Source of the DNA: Bacteroidota bacterium
Lineage (GTDB): Bacteria > Bacteroidota > Bacteroidia > AKYH767-A > 2013-40CM-41-45
Direction of reading: 5' to 3'
Assembly: GCA_043783155.1 (NCBI GenBank)
Contig: JAYVZS010000141.1
Coordinates: 5,428 to 69,427 of the forward strand
Length of the DNA stretch: 64,000 nucleotides
Below are positions 40,911 through 49,969 of this stretch, piece after piece; the stretch's first letter is position 1, and the number at the start of each line of letters is the position of its first letter. Made by a program: the position numbers and the translations under genes. Under the pieces are notes generated by a model. It was not told where the DNA came from, did no database searches, and was given only the letters and a program-made list of their open reading frames with translations.

Positions 40911-40975
40911 AGTTGTTGCGAGCGGGGGGATTGCTTCGCTTCGCTCGCAATGGATGGCGTGGGTTCGCTCAACGA
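40911..40975 (-). repeat. CATTGCGAGCG...GAAGCAATCCC hairpin repeat, copy 2 (opposite orientation to copy 1)
   Basis: GTTGCGAGCGGGGGGATTGCTTCGCTTCGCTCGCAATGG has the arms TTGCGAGCG / CGCTCGCAA. The ORF-track ORF 40738-40992 is a spurious translation across it. Confidence 0.65.
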
Positions 40976-41204
40976 CCCGGCGCGGCTTGTAATGGAGGGC
41001 AGGCAGAATGGAAAATAGAAGTTGTACAGGATCGCTCCAAATCTTTAAAATCTTTTAATTTTGAGCCCTTGTAAACATGAAATATAATTTTAATCTTTGG
41101 CGCGAAATCGTCGATGATTTATGTGCCCGCAATTCAAATTATAATACTCACAAAGGCAGACGTTAGCGGGTTCCGCCTGACTTTTGTGAACAAATTAACA
41201 CCTA

Positions 41205-41399
41205 ATGAAAACAGGAAAAGTAAAATTCTTTAATGAGGCGAAAGGTTTCGGCTTCATCGTAGCTGACGACACAAACGCGGAAGTGTTTGTACATCACAGT
41301 GGATTGATTGACAAGATTCGTGAGAACGACCTTGTTGAGTTCGAAGTTACGGAAGGAAAAAAAGGACTGAATGCAGTGAACGTGAAGAGAGTCAAATAA
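41205..41399 (+). CDS. cspA: cold-shock protein (CspA family)
   Basis: MKTGKVKFFNEAKGFGFI...VFVHHS carries the RNP1/RNP2 motifs. It is 64 aa. Confidence 0.9.
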   Translation: MKTGKVKFFNEAKGFGFIVADDTNAEVFVHHSGLIDKIRENDLVEFEVTEGKKGLNAVNVKRVK

Positions 41400-41422
41400 C
41401 TCATCGTCTGCAAGAATCTGAA

Positions 41423-41452
41423 ACGGGAGCCCAAAAGGTTCCCGTTTTTTTA
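41423..41452 (+). terminator. rho-independent terminator after csp (AACGGGA-gcccaaaaggt-TCCCGTT followed by a T-run)
   Basis: A 7 bp stem followed by TTTTTTT. Confidence 0.75.
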
Positions 41453-41601
41453 TGAAACTTGATTTTCAGGAGCCCGAAGCACGCAGTGAAAGTCTTAGTT
41501 TCATCAATCCCGATAGGGCAGCTAATCGGGATCGTACCAGCGAGATCACATGCGCACATACATAAACACATACACACTTTTTCCTGCTCACTCTCTCACC
41601 T

Positions 41602-42039
41602 TCACGTATGCTCATGCGTCCTCATAAATTCGTCCACAGAAATTTTTCCGGAACCAAATACAACGAAGAACAAGAGCAAAGCAAGCACAAGAATTGAAAG
41701 TCCAAGTTCGGAGTGAATGGAGAAAAATCCTTTTTGTGCATTCACAAAGAAGATGGCTCCCAGCAAAATGGGTACCTGGAAAAGACAGGCAATTCGTGTA
41801 ACCAGACCGATGGTGATTAAGAAGCCACCCATCAGATGAGCCAACGCAACAATGTGTGTGAGTGCGACAGCATAAATGGAAACGGCGCTGTTGGCAATCA
41901 TTTCATTGATTGCATCGGTGTTCTGAAGAAAGAAAAGTCCTTTGAAGAAAATAATCAGTCCGAGAATAATCCGGAAGAAAGCCAGCCACTTGCTTTGGTG
42001 CGTATCGCCCCATGTTTCAATTTTTTGGAAGACATTCAT
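41602..42039 (-). CDS. DoxX family membrane protein
   Basis: It is 145 aa with four predicted TM segments and a DoxX-like pattern (FFRIILGLIIFFKG...). Confidence 0.7.
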   Translation of the reverse strand: MNVFQKIETWGDTHQSKWLAFFRIILGLIIFFKGLFFLQNTDAINEMIANSAVSIYAVALTHIVALAHLMGGFLITIGLVTRIACLFQVPILLGAIFFVNAQKGFFSIHSELGLSILVLALLLFFVVFGSGKISVDEFMRTHEHT

Positions 42040-42138
42040 GATAGTTGGTTTTAAGGGTTAGACATGAATTTGAATCTCACGAAGTTTATGAAAATTTTTT
42101 TTCAAATGCAATTTCGCAATATAAATGGTTCTTGCAGA

Positions 42139-42196
42139 CGCAAAGTGCGCTGAGGGCAACATGGTTTTATTTCTTTTCGTTCTTTGCGCCTTTGCG
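42139..42196. promoter_or_regulatory. inverted repeat CGCAAAGTGCGC ... GCGCCTTTGCG upstream of the sugar MFS transporter; it shares the 16-mer TCTTTGCGCCTNTGCG with the palindrome upstream of GH92
   Basis: The arms are 42139-42150 and 42186-42196. Compare 52620-52691. Confidence 0.5.
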
Positions 42197-42259
42197 AGAG
42201 ATTCTATACTTTGCATGCACTCTGAAAGGTCAAAAATTAACAAATCCTAAATCAATTGT

Positions 42260-43714
42260 ATGAATCAAAACTCAACAGGTAAATCAGCATTGCCGGTTTT
42301 AATCTCCGTATTTTTTTTCTGGGGATTTGTGGCAGCTTCGAACGACATTCTCATTCCTGTTTTCAAAGAGAAATTAAATCTTGAACAATGGCAAAGTCAA
42401 TTGATTTCTGTTGCTTTTTATGTTGCCTATACAGTCGGCTCGCTTATTTATTTCATGGTTTCAAAAGCTACCGGCGGAGACTTGCTTAATAAAATAGGAT
42501 ACAAAAACGGAATCGCGTTCGGACTTGTATTTTCTGCTCTTGGAACATTGTTGTTTTATCCGGCGGCCATGACTTCTTCTTTCGGTTTAATGATTGCCGG
42601 ATTGTTTGTAGTCGGCCTTGGTTTTTCACTCCAACAAATTGCTGCCAATCCTCTTGTCATTAATATCGGTGATCCCAAAAAAGGTTCTCAGCGTTTGAGT
42701 TTAGCAGGCGGAATCAATAATATCGGAACAACGATTGGTCCTGTCATTGTGAGTTTGGCGATTTTCGGTTCACTGAAAGCAGGTGCAAAACTTGACAACC
42801 TTGAATCGGTAAAAACTCCTTACTTAATATTAGGTGCGGCATTTTTAATTGTCGCAGTCATTTTCAAGTTCTCGAATCTTCCGAATAAACTTGTTCATGA
42901 AGAAGATGATACAAAAACGTCTTCGTCTTTTTCTTCTTCAATTCGGAAAAGTGCTATTCATTATCCGCAGTTATGGCTCGGCATGATTGGTATTTTTGTG
43001 TATGTCGGTGTTGAAGTTTCTACAGCATCAAATCTTCCGGAGTTTATGCGCCAGCATCTTCATACATCTACCGACCAGGTTGCCCCTTATGTTTCACTTT
43101 TCTGGGCAAGTCTTATGATCGGAAGATGGACGGGAGCCGTAGGTGCTTTCGATTTGAAAAGCGGAACAAAAAAAATACTCGGTTTCGTTTTGCCATATGC
43201 GGCTTTCGGTGTGTTTCTTCTTGTGAACTTGCTTGCTGGTCACGACCTCACACCATTCTATCTTTATTTAGTTGTGATTATTGCCATCATCATTGCCAAT
43301 ATGGTTAGTAAGGGAAATCCTGCCCGTCAGCTTTTGATTTTTTCCACGCTTGGTATTACTTCTTTGCTGATTGCAATTCTTGCCGATGGAATGGTGAGTG
43401 TATATGCAATCATCAGCGTTGGTTTATTTTGCTCTACCCTCTGGCCTTGTATTTTCACTCTTGCAATTGCGGGATTAGGTAAATATACCAATGACGGTTC
43501 ACGGCTTTTAATTATGATGATTATGGGCGGAGGTTTGATCAGCTGGTTGCAGGGCTTTCTTGCGAAAGAGCAACTGCTCGGAATTCAATGGAGTTATTTA
43601 ACAGGAATAGTTTGCTTCGCCTATCTTGCTTTTTACGGATGGAGAGTAAAACAAATTCTGAAGCAACAAGGCATCGACTATGATACAGTTGCGGGGGGCG
43701 ATTCTTCGCATTAA
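42260..43714 (+). CDS. sugar MFS transporter (FucP/GluP-like glucose/galactose/fucose:H+ symporter family)
   Basis: It has 12 TM segments, and its N-terminal region is similar to FucP/GluP-type permeases (...LISVFFFWGFVAASNDILIPVFKE...). It is the first gene of the glycan locus. Confidence 0.75.
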   Translation: MNQNSTGKSALPVLISVFFFWGFVAASNDILIPVFKEKLNLEQWQSQLISVAFYVAYTVGSLIYFMVSKATGGDLLNKIGYKNGIAFGLVFSALGTLLFYPAAMTSSFGLMIAGLFVVGLGFSLQQIAANPLVINIGDPKKGSQRLSLAGGINNIGTTIGPVIVSLAIFGSLKAGAKLDNLESVKTPYLILGAAFLIVAVIFKFSNLPNKLVHEEDDTKTSSSFSSSIRKSAIHYPQLWLGMIGIFVYVGVEVSTASNLPEFMRQHLHTSTDQVAPYVSLFWASLMIGRWTGAVGAFDLKSGTKKILGFVLPYAAFGVFLLVNLLAGHDLTPFYLYLVVIIAIIIANMVSKGNPARQLLIFSTLGITSLLIAILADGMVSVYAIISVGLFCSTLWPCIFTLAIAGLGKYTNDGSRLLIMMIMGGGLISWLQGFLAKEQLLGIQWSYLTGIVCFAYLAFYGWRVKQILKQQGIDYDTVAGGDSSH

Positions 43715-43779
43715 AAGTAAGCAATGCAAACAAGTGTTTTGTGTAGTAAAACAGAAGCAATTTAAAAAGCAGTCAATAC

Positions 43780-44733
43780 ATGAGAGTCGCAGCAGGGATC
43801 GACATCGGCGGTACAAATACTTTTTTCGGTTTAATTGATCGCGAAGGAAAAATTCTATTCCGAGACGTTGTTCCAACGACTGATTTTCCGGATCCGAAAG
43901 ATTTGGTAAACGCAGTCTCAAACAGAATTACGGAACTCCAGCCACCAGATTCTGAACTGATCGGAATTGGAATTGGCGCTCCTAACGGAAATTATTTTGA
44001 GGGCTCTATCGAATTCGCTCCCAATTTAAAATGGAAAGGAGTTGTTCCGCTTGCAAAATTATTCAAAGAAAAATTAAAAGTAAACACGGTTCTTACCAAT
44101 GATGCCAATGCAGCCGCGCTCGGCGAATTGTACTTTGGAGGAGCGAAGGGAATGAAAGATTTTATTTTCATCACGCTCGGAACCGGCCTGGGAAGCGGTA
44201 TTGTCGTGAACGGACAAATGGTGTATGGTCACGATGGCTTTGCAGGGGAAATCGGTCACACCATTGTTATTCAGCATGGCCGGCAATGCGGCTGCGGGCG
44301 AAAAGGTTGTCTTGAACAATATTGCTCTGCATCGGGAATTGTGAAGACATATTTTGAAATTCTGAAAAGCAGTCATCCTGATGCCTTGAAGAATTTTGAT
44401 GCTGGCAAGGTAGATGCAAAATATATTTTTGAAAAAGCATTAGAAGGAGACAAGGCGGCTTTTTATGCATTCAACTATACCGGTGAATTATTGGGTTTTG
44501 CTTTGGCAAACAGTGTAGCGTACACAAGTCCGGAAGCAATCTTTTTATTCGGAGGGCTTGCACAGGCAGGGGAGTTACTTTTCAATCCGACGTTGCTGAG
44601 TTTTGAAAAAAATTTATTGCAGATCTACAAAGGCAAGGTGAAAGTTCTGCCGTCATCGTTGCCGGAAAATGACGCGGCGATTCTTGGTGCTGCTTCACTG
44701 ATCTGGAACGAAATTAAGGAAGGAGTCATGTAA
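43780..44733 (+). CDS. ROK family sugar kinase (glucokinase / N-acetylhexosamine kinase-like)
   Basis: The N-terminus is GIDIGGTNTFFGLID, and the ROK zinc motif CGCGRKGCLEQYCSASG is present. Confidence 0.8.
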   Translation: MRVAAGIDIGGTNTFFGLIDREGKILFRDVVPTTDFPDPKDLVNAVSNRITELQPPDSELIGIGIGAPNGNYFEGSIEFAPNLKWKGVVPLAKLFKEKLKVNTVLTNDANAAALGELYFGGAKGMKDFIFITLGTGLGSGIVVNGQMVYGHDGFAGEIGHTIVIQHGRQCGCGRKGCLEQYCSASGIVKTYFEILKSSHPDALKNFDAGKVDAKYIFEKALEGDKAAFYAFNYTGELLGFALANSVAYTSPEAIFLFGGLAQAGELLFNPTLLSFEKNLLQIYKGKVKVLPSSLPENDAAILGAASLIWNEIKEGVM

Positions 44734-44758
44734 AAGAATGAATAAGTAAAAATGAATT

Positions 44759-47056
44759 ATGAGTAAGAACTTTTTTTTATCTTTCATTTTATTTTTTGTG
44801 ATTTCTGTTTCAATTGCACAAACGGATAGCCGGGAAACCGTTCTTCCATTAATTCCGAAACCTGCTTCTGTGAAGTTATCGGAAGGGAATTTTTCGTTGT
44901 CTTCTAAAACAATCATTGTTGTTGCAGACAGCGAATTGCAATCAGATGCGGAGGTTTTTAATCTGGAGTTAGAAAAGATCTGTGGTTTTAAACTTCCTGT
45001 GCTTTCTCCAGGTCAGAATGTCAACAATGATGGAATCATAAATATTATCCGGCAGCACAATAAAAACGTACGCAGGGACAGCTATGTTTTGAAGATTCAT
45101 CCAAAAGAGATTTCTGTTGAAGGAAAAGACGCCGGAACTTTTTACGCGTTGCAGTCACTTATCCAGCTCATTCCTGTTGGCGTGGAAAATCAATTTTCAA
45201 TTCCCTGCTGTGAAATAAAAGACCAACCGCGTTATTCATGGCGCGGAATGCACCTCGATGTTGGCAGGCATTTTTTTCAGAAGGAGTTTGTCAAAAAATA
45301 CATCGATATGATTGCCATGTATAAAATGAATACATTTCACTGGCATCTTACCGAAGATCAGGGGTGGAGGATTGAAATAAAAAAATATCCAAAACTTACA
45401 GAGGTCGGAGCATGGCGAAGCGGTTCCATGGTCGGAGCATTCAATGACCAGCAATATGACACCATTCGTTACGGAGGTTTTTATACTCAGGATGACATCA
45501 AAGAAGTTGTTGCTTATGCTGCAAAGCGTCACATCACGGTTGTTCCGGAAATTGAAATGCCCGGCCATTCGCTTGCAGCGCTTGCATCCTATCCTGAACT
45601 TTCATGCACAAGTGGTCCGTTTGAAGTGGCAAAAGCATGGGGAGGTTTTGATGATGTGTATTGTCCGAAGGAAGAAACATTTCAGTTCATCGAAAATGTA
45701 TTGACGGAAGTGTTCCCGCTTTTTCCCGGGAAATATATTCACATTGGAGGGGATGAATGTACGAAGTTGCGCTGGAAAAATTGCGTGCACTGCCAGGCGT
45801 TAGTGAAGCGATTGAAATTAAAAGATGAGAATGCATTGCAAAGTTATTTTATCCGACACATCGAAAAATTCGCGAACTCGAAAGGAAAACAAATCATCGG
45901 CTGGGATGAAATCCTGGAAGGTGGACTGGCTTCCGGTGCTACTGTTATGAGCTGGAGGGGAACTGAAGGTGGCATAGAAGCAGCGAAGAAACATCACAAT
46001 GTCATCATGACTCCGGGCTCGCATTGTTACTTCGATCACTACCAGGGAAATCCGGATAACGAGCCACTCGCCATCGGTGGCTATACAACGGTTGAAAAAG
46101 TGTATTCATACGAGCCAACGCCGATTCAGTTGAAAGCGGATCAACGAAAATATATTTTAGGTGCGCAGGGAAATGTATGGACGGAATATATCCTCACTCC
46201 CCAGCAGGTTGAATACATGGCCGTGCCTCGCATGAGTGCGTTGGCTGAAGTACTGTGGAGTCCGAAGGAAATAAGAGACTATCCTGACTTTCAAAAGAGA
46301 TTGATCAAACATTTTTCTCTTCTCGATAAACTGAATATAAATTACGCAAAAACGATTTATGAATTGAAGACGTCGGTGAAGCCACTCGCTGAGCAGAACG
46401 GAATTTCGTTTGAGCTGTCGTCGCCCTTTACGTCAGGAAAAATATTTTATTCGCTGGATGGAAATAATCCGGATGCCAATTCAACACTTTATTCTTCTCC
46501 TATCGCCATCAATAAAAGTTGTACGGTAAAGGCCGGGTATTTTGAAAATGGGATACTAAAAGGAACTGTTGAGGCACAGGAGTTTTTTGTCAGCAAGTCA
46601 ACCGGAAAAAAAGTAACACTCGACATACCGCCTCATGAAAATTATTTTTGCAACGGAGCGCAATCGCTCGTGGATGGTATCAAAGGTAATTTGCACAAGC
46701 ACGGACAAAACTGGCTGGGTTGGTGGGGAAAGAATATGACTGCTACCATTGATCTTGGAGCGAAAGAATCAGTTTCAAAAATTTCGATGCATGTATTTGA
46801 TGATGAAGCGGCGTGGATTTATCTTCCGGTGGAAATAGAGATATTCACGTCTGATGACGGAATAAATTTTACGACCTTGAGGAAGTTTTCATCCGAAGAA
46901 ATAAAAAAATCGAATGAGTTGATTGAAGTAAATGCAAACGATCAATCGGCACGCTATGTAAAAGTAATGGCGAAGAATGCCGGAAAAATTCCGGATGGTA
47001 AGCAAGGCGGAGGAAATAATGCATGGTTGTTTGTAGATGAAATTTTGGTGGAATAG
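44759..47056 (+). CDS. GH20 beta-N-acetylhexosaminidase with a C-terminal F5/8 type C (discoidin-like) domain, secreted
   Basis: It has a signal peptide and the GH20 catalytic region (FHWHLTEDQGWRIEIKKYPKL, HIGGDE), followed by C-terminal beta-sandwich domains. Confidence 0.9.
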   Translation: MSKNFFLSFILFFVISVSIAQTDSRETVLPLIPKPASVKLSEGNFSLSSKTIIVVADSELQSDAEVFNLELEKICGFKLPVLSPGQNVNNDGIINIIRQHNKNVRRDSYVLKIHPKEISVEGKDAGTFYALQSLIQLIPVGVENQFSIPCCEIKDQPRYSWRGMHLDVGRHFFQKEFVKKYIDMIAMYKMNTFHWHLTEDQGWRIEIKKYPKLTEVGAWRSGSMVGAFNDQQYDTIRYGGFYTQDDIKEVVAYAAKRHITVVPEIEMPGHSLAALASYPELSCTSGPFEVAKAWGGFDDVYCPKEETFQFIENVLTEVFPLFPGKYIHIGGDECTKLRWKNCVHCQALVKRLKLKDENALQSYFIRHIEKFANSKGKQIIGWDEILEGGLASGATVMSWRGTEGGIEAAKKHHNVIMTPGSHCYFDHYQGNPDNEPLAIGGYTTVEKVYSYEPTPIQLKADQRKYILGAQGNVWTEYILTPQQVEYMAVPRMSALAEVLWSPKEIRDYPDFQKRLIKHFSLLDKLNINYAKTIYELKTSVKPLAEQNGISFELSSPFTSGKIFYSLDGNNPDANSTLYSSPIAINKSCTVKAGYFENGILKGTVEAQEFFVSKSTGKKVTLDIPPHENYFCNGAQSLVDGIKGNLHKHGQNWLGWWGKNMTATIDLGAKESVSKISMHVFDDEAAWIYLPVEIEIFTSDDGINFTTLRKFSSEEIKKSNELIEVNANDQSARYVKVMAKNAGKIPDGKQGGGNNAWLFVDEILVE

Positions 47057-47203
47057 TTAAGATATTTAAATCAGGGATGTAATTGTGGATTATAGATTTC
47101 GAATTGAAAAAATAACCATGCCGCTTAATCAAGGCGATCAATTTGAAATCCGTAATAATAAAAACATGTTACGCTTAGACATAAAGCGAAAAATCAACCT
47201 CTC

Positions 47204-48181
47204 ATGAAATCAAGAAGGGACTTTGTAAAACTGACCGCTCTGAGTGCAGCGTTTTTTTCCTTTAGTAAATCATTCGGAAAAAGTAAATTTTCTTCCGATG
47301 GAATAACCAAACCAATTGTGATCTCGACCTGGAAACACGGACAGGAAGCAAATGTTGAAGCATGGAAAACACTTGTTGCAGGCGGCCGTGCATTGGATGC
47401 TGTGGAAAAAGGTGTGATGAATACTGAGGAAGATTTGAGAAACCTGAGTGTAGGGCTTGGCGGACTTCCTGATCGTGACGGTCACGTTACTCTAGATGCC
47501 TGCATCATGGATGAGAATGCCGGTTGCGGCTCCGTCGCTTTTCTTGAGCATATTAAACATCCGATATCTGTTGCGCGGATGGTGATGGAAAAAACTCCAC
47601 ACGTGATGCTCGTCGGTGAAGGAGCGTTGAAGTTCGCGCTCGACAATGGTTTCAAAAAAGAAAAAATGGATCGCACGCCCGAATCGGATAAAGCATGGAA
47701 GGAGTGGCTGAAGAAGGCTGTGTACAAACCGATTGTTAATTTTGAAAATCATGATACAATCGGAATGGTTGCCATGGACGCAAACGGAAATTTATCGGGT
47801 GCATGTACAACAAGTGGAATGGCTTACAAACTGCATGGACGTGTAGGTGATTCTCCGATTATCGGCGCAGGTTTGTACGTCGATAATGAAGTAGGCGCTG
47901 CAACTGCGACAGGAACCGGAGAAGAAGTTATTCGCATTTGCGGAACTCATCTTGTTGTTGAACTGATGCGTCAGGGCAAATCTCCGGAAGAGGCCTGCCT
48001 GGAAGCAGTTGAACGGATTGTAAAAAAACAACCAAAGAAATCGAAAGACTTACAGGTTGGATTTATTGCATTGAATAAAAATGGCGAGCACGGCGCGTAC
48101 TGCTTACAAAAAGGATTTAACTATGCCGTGTATTCCGACAAAATAAAAAATGAAATGATTGACGGGAAGAGTTATTATTAG
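47204..48181 (+). CDS. N4-(beta-N-acetylglucosaminyl)-L-asparaginase (glycosylasparaginase; Ntn-hydrolase, isoaspartyl peptidase/asparaginase family), Tat/Sec-secreted
   Basis: The N-terminus carries a twin-arginine-like signal (MKSRRDFVKLTALSAAFF). The autoprocessing/nucleophile region is HDTIGMVAMD...GACTTSG and the glycine-rich loop is GRVGDSPIIGAG. Confidence 0.85.
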   Translation: MKSRRDFVKLTALSAAFFSFSKSFGKSKFSSDGITKPIVISTWKHGQEANVEAWKTLVAGGRALDAVEKGVMNTEEDLRNLSVGLGGLPDRDGHVTLDACIMDENAGCGSVAFLEHIKHPISVARMVMEKTPHVMLVGEGALKFALDNGFKKEKMDRTPESDKAWKEWLKKAVYKPIVNFENHDTIGMVAMDANGNLSGACTTSGMAYKLHGRVGDSPIIGAGLYVDNEVGAATATGTGEEVIRICGTHLVVELMRQGKSPEEACLEAVERIVKKQPKKSKDLQVGFIALNKNGEHGAYCLQKGFNYAVYSDKIKNEMIDGKSYY

Positions 48182-48299
48182 AAAAGAGATTTGAGATGTG
48201 TGATATGAGATGGGGGAACTCTTGTTCGCATATTCGTACATTCGTTTTTTAAATTCGCTATTCGCTACAGGAATTGAACTTTCGTACTTTGAAAAAATA

Positions 48300-49046
48300 A
48301 TGTCGAAAATAAAAATTGAAATCGTCTGTACTAACATTGAATCCGTTATCGCAGCCGAACAAGGCGGCGCTGACAGAGTTGAGTTGTGCGACAATCTCGT
48401 GGAAGGAGGAACCACACCAAGTTATGGTATGATTGAAGTCGCGCGAAAAAAAACCTCCATCGGTTTGTTTGTCATGATTCGTCCGCGCAGTGGAGATTTT
48501 TTATATTCAGAGGAAGAATTTGAAATTATGAAACTCGACATCCATGTATGCAAACAATTGAAAGCTGATGGAGTCGTATTCGGTTTGTTGGATGCGAACG
48601 GAAACGTTGATGTGAAGCGAACAAAGGAATTGGTTGCTCTTGCAAAACCAATGCTCGTCACTTTCCATCGAGCTTTTGATCTGGCAAAGGATTCTTTGAA
48701 TGCATTGGAGGATATAATCAATTGCGGATGCAATCGAATTCTTACTTCCGGGCAACAACCAACTGCAATTCAGGGAGAACAATTAATTTCGCAGATGATT
48801 AAAAAAGCGGGCGATAGAATAATCATTTTACCCGGAGGTGGTATCCGGCCCGATAATGTAGTTTCGCTCCTGGACAAAACAATGGCAACTGAAATACATT
48901 CTTCCGCAAAGAACAGTCGGGCGAGCAAAATGAAATTTAAATGTGATACTGTAACAACAGGAAACCCGTCATCCGATGAATACCGCGTTACCATCGCGGA
49001 TATAGATACAATAAGAAAATTAGTAAAAACTGTAAACGATTTTTGA
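48300..49046 (+). CDS. cutC: CutC family protein
   Basis: MSKIKIEIVCTNIESVIAAEQGGADRVELC... matches the CutC TIM-barrel family. The start is set at the ATG at 48300. Confidence 0.8.
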   Translation: MSKIKIEIVCTNIESVIAAEQGGADRVELCDNLVEGGTTPSYGMIEVARKKTSIGLFVMIRPRSGDFLYSEEEFEIMKLDIHVCKQLKADGVVFGLLDANGNVDVKRTKELVALAKPMLVTFHRAFDLAKDSLNALEDIINCGCNRILTSGQQPTAIQGEQLISQMIKKAGDRIIILPGGGIRPDNVVSLLDKTMATEIHSSAKNSRASKMKFKCDTVTTGNPSSDEYRVTIADIDTIRKLVKTVNDF

Positions 49047-49049
49047 TTT

Positions 49050-49871
49050 ATGTTTCGTAAATTTCCGGAGATGAAATTTCTAATACACATTGTCTTTGCC
49101 GTATTTCCCGTTTGCCTGTTTGCAGTGAACAGTCAACATCAACAGCAGGAAGAAAAACACAAAGGCACCTTTTATTTTGAGTGGGGCTATAATAAAGACT
49201 GGTTTTCGAAAAGTGATATACACTTTGTAAATCATATTGGAGGTGAATATGATTTTACATTATATGATGTAAAGGCAGATGACAGACCCAGCTTTAACCG
49301 TATAATTGACTGGCAAGTCACCATTCCTCAGTTTTTATACCGCTTCGGATATTATTTCAATAACAAACATGATCTTGGAATTGAAATTGGTTTTGATCAT
49401 ACAAAATATGTGGTCATACAGAATCAAACTGTTCATATCACCGGCTCTATTCACGGAGAAGCACTTGATAAAGACACCATTATTCAACCTGGTTTTCTTT
49501 TATTCGAACATACCAACGGGGCCAATTTTTTAATGGCAAGCTTGCTGAAAAGAACCCGGTTTTTTCAGAGTGGAAATGGGAAACATGTATTAAGTTATGT
49601 GCTAAAGCCGGGGGCCGGTATTGTAATTCCGAAAACGGACGTAACCCTTTTTGGAAAGCGCAGAGACAATGTGTATCACGTTGCCGGGTACATTGCCGGA
49701 CTTGATATTGAACTTCGGTATGAAACGGGTAAACATTGGTTTGCCGAAACCGGTTTAAAAGGAAGTTTTGCCAACTACGTTAATGTGCTTACGATTGGTG
49801 ATGCGAAAGCGAATCACCATTTTTATTCATTGGAATTGCTTCTATCTGTAGGGTACGCAATTCCCTGGTAA
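49050..49871 (+). CDS. hypothetical secreted/outer-membrane beta-barrel-like protein embedded in the glycan locus
   Basis: It has a signal peptide, alternating aromatic/hydrophilic strands and a C-terminal aromatic residue (…VGYAIPW). There is no recognisable catalytic motif. Confidence 0.45.
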   Translation: MFRKFPEMKFLIHIVFAVFPVCLFAVNSQHQQQEEKHKGTFYFEWGYNKDWFSKSDIHFVNHIGGEYDFTLYDVKADDRPSFNRIIDWQVTIPQFLYRFGYYFNNKHDLGIEIGFDHTKYVVIQNQTVHITGSIHGEALDKDTIIQPGFLLFEHTNGANFLMASLLKRTRFFQSGNGKHVLSYVLKPGAGIVIPKTDVTLFGKRRDNVYHVAGYIAGLDIELRYETGKHWFAETGLKGSFANYVNVLTIGDAKANHHFYSLELLLSVGYAIPW

Positions 49872-49969
49872 TAAAATAAAGTGAGTAAAAATTTTGTTGC
49901 CGGATGTGAAGAAAATGCTCGCTCTATCTATCTTGCAAACGAAATTTAGTCAGTTGCCTTTCCTGACAT

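Noticed and set aside
40738-40992. 84 aa ORF (MVTKGIMMSRGFGG...VASGGIASLRSQWMAWVRS)
   Set aside because: It is a translation straight across the GC-rich hairpin repeat (copy 2). It has the composition of repeat DNA and no start context.
42045-42263. Apparent conserved leader peptide (FFAPLREIL versus IFAPLRDLK) upstream of the MFS transporter and GH92
   Set aside because: The peptide similarity is a by-product of DNA-level conservation of the 16-mer TCTTTGCGCCTNTGCG. The shared block lies in different reading frames relative to the nearest ATG at the two sites, and the 42045 ORF has no in-frame ATG. It is reported as a cis-element instead.
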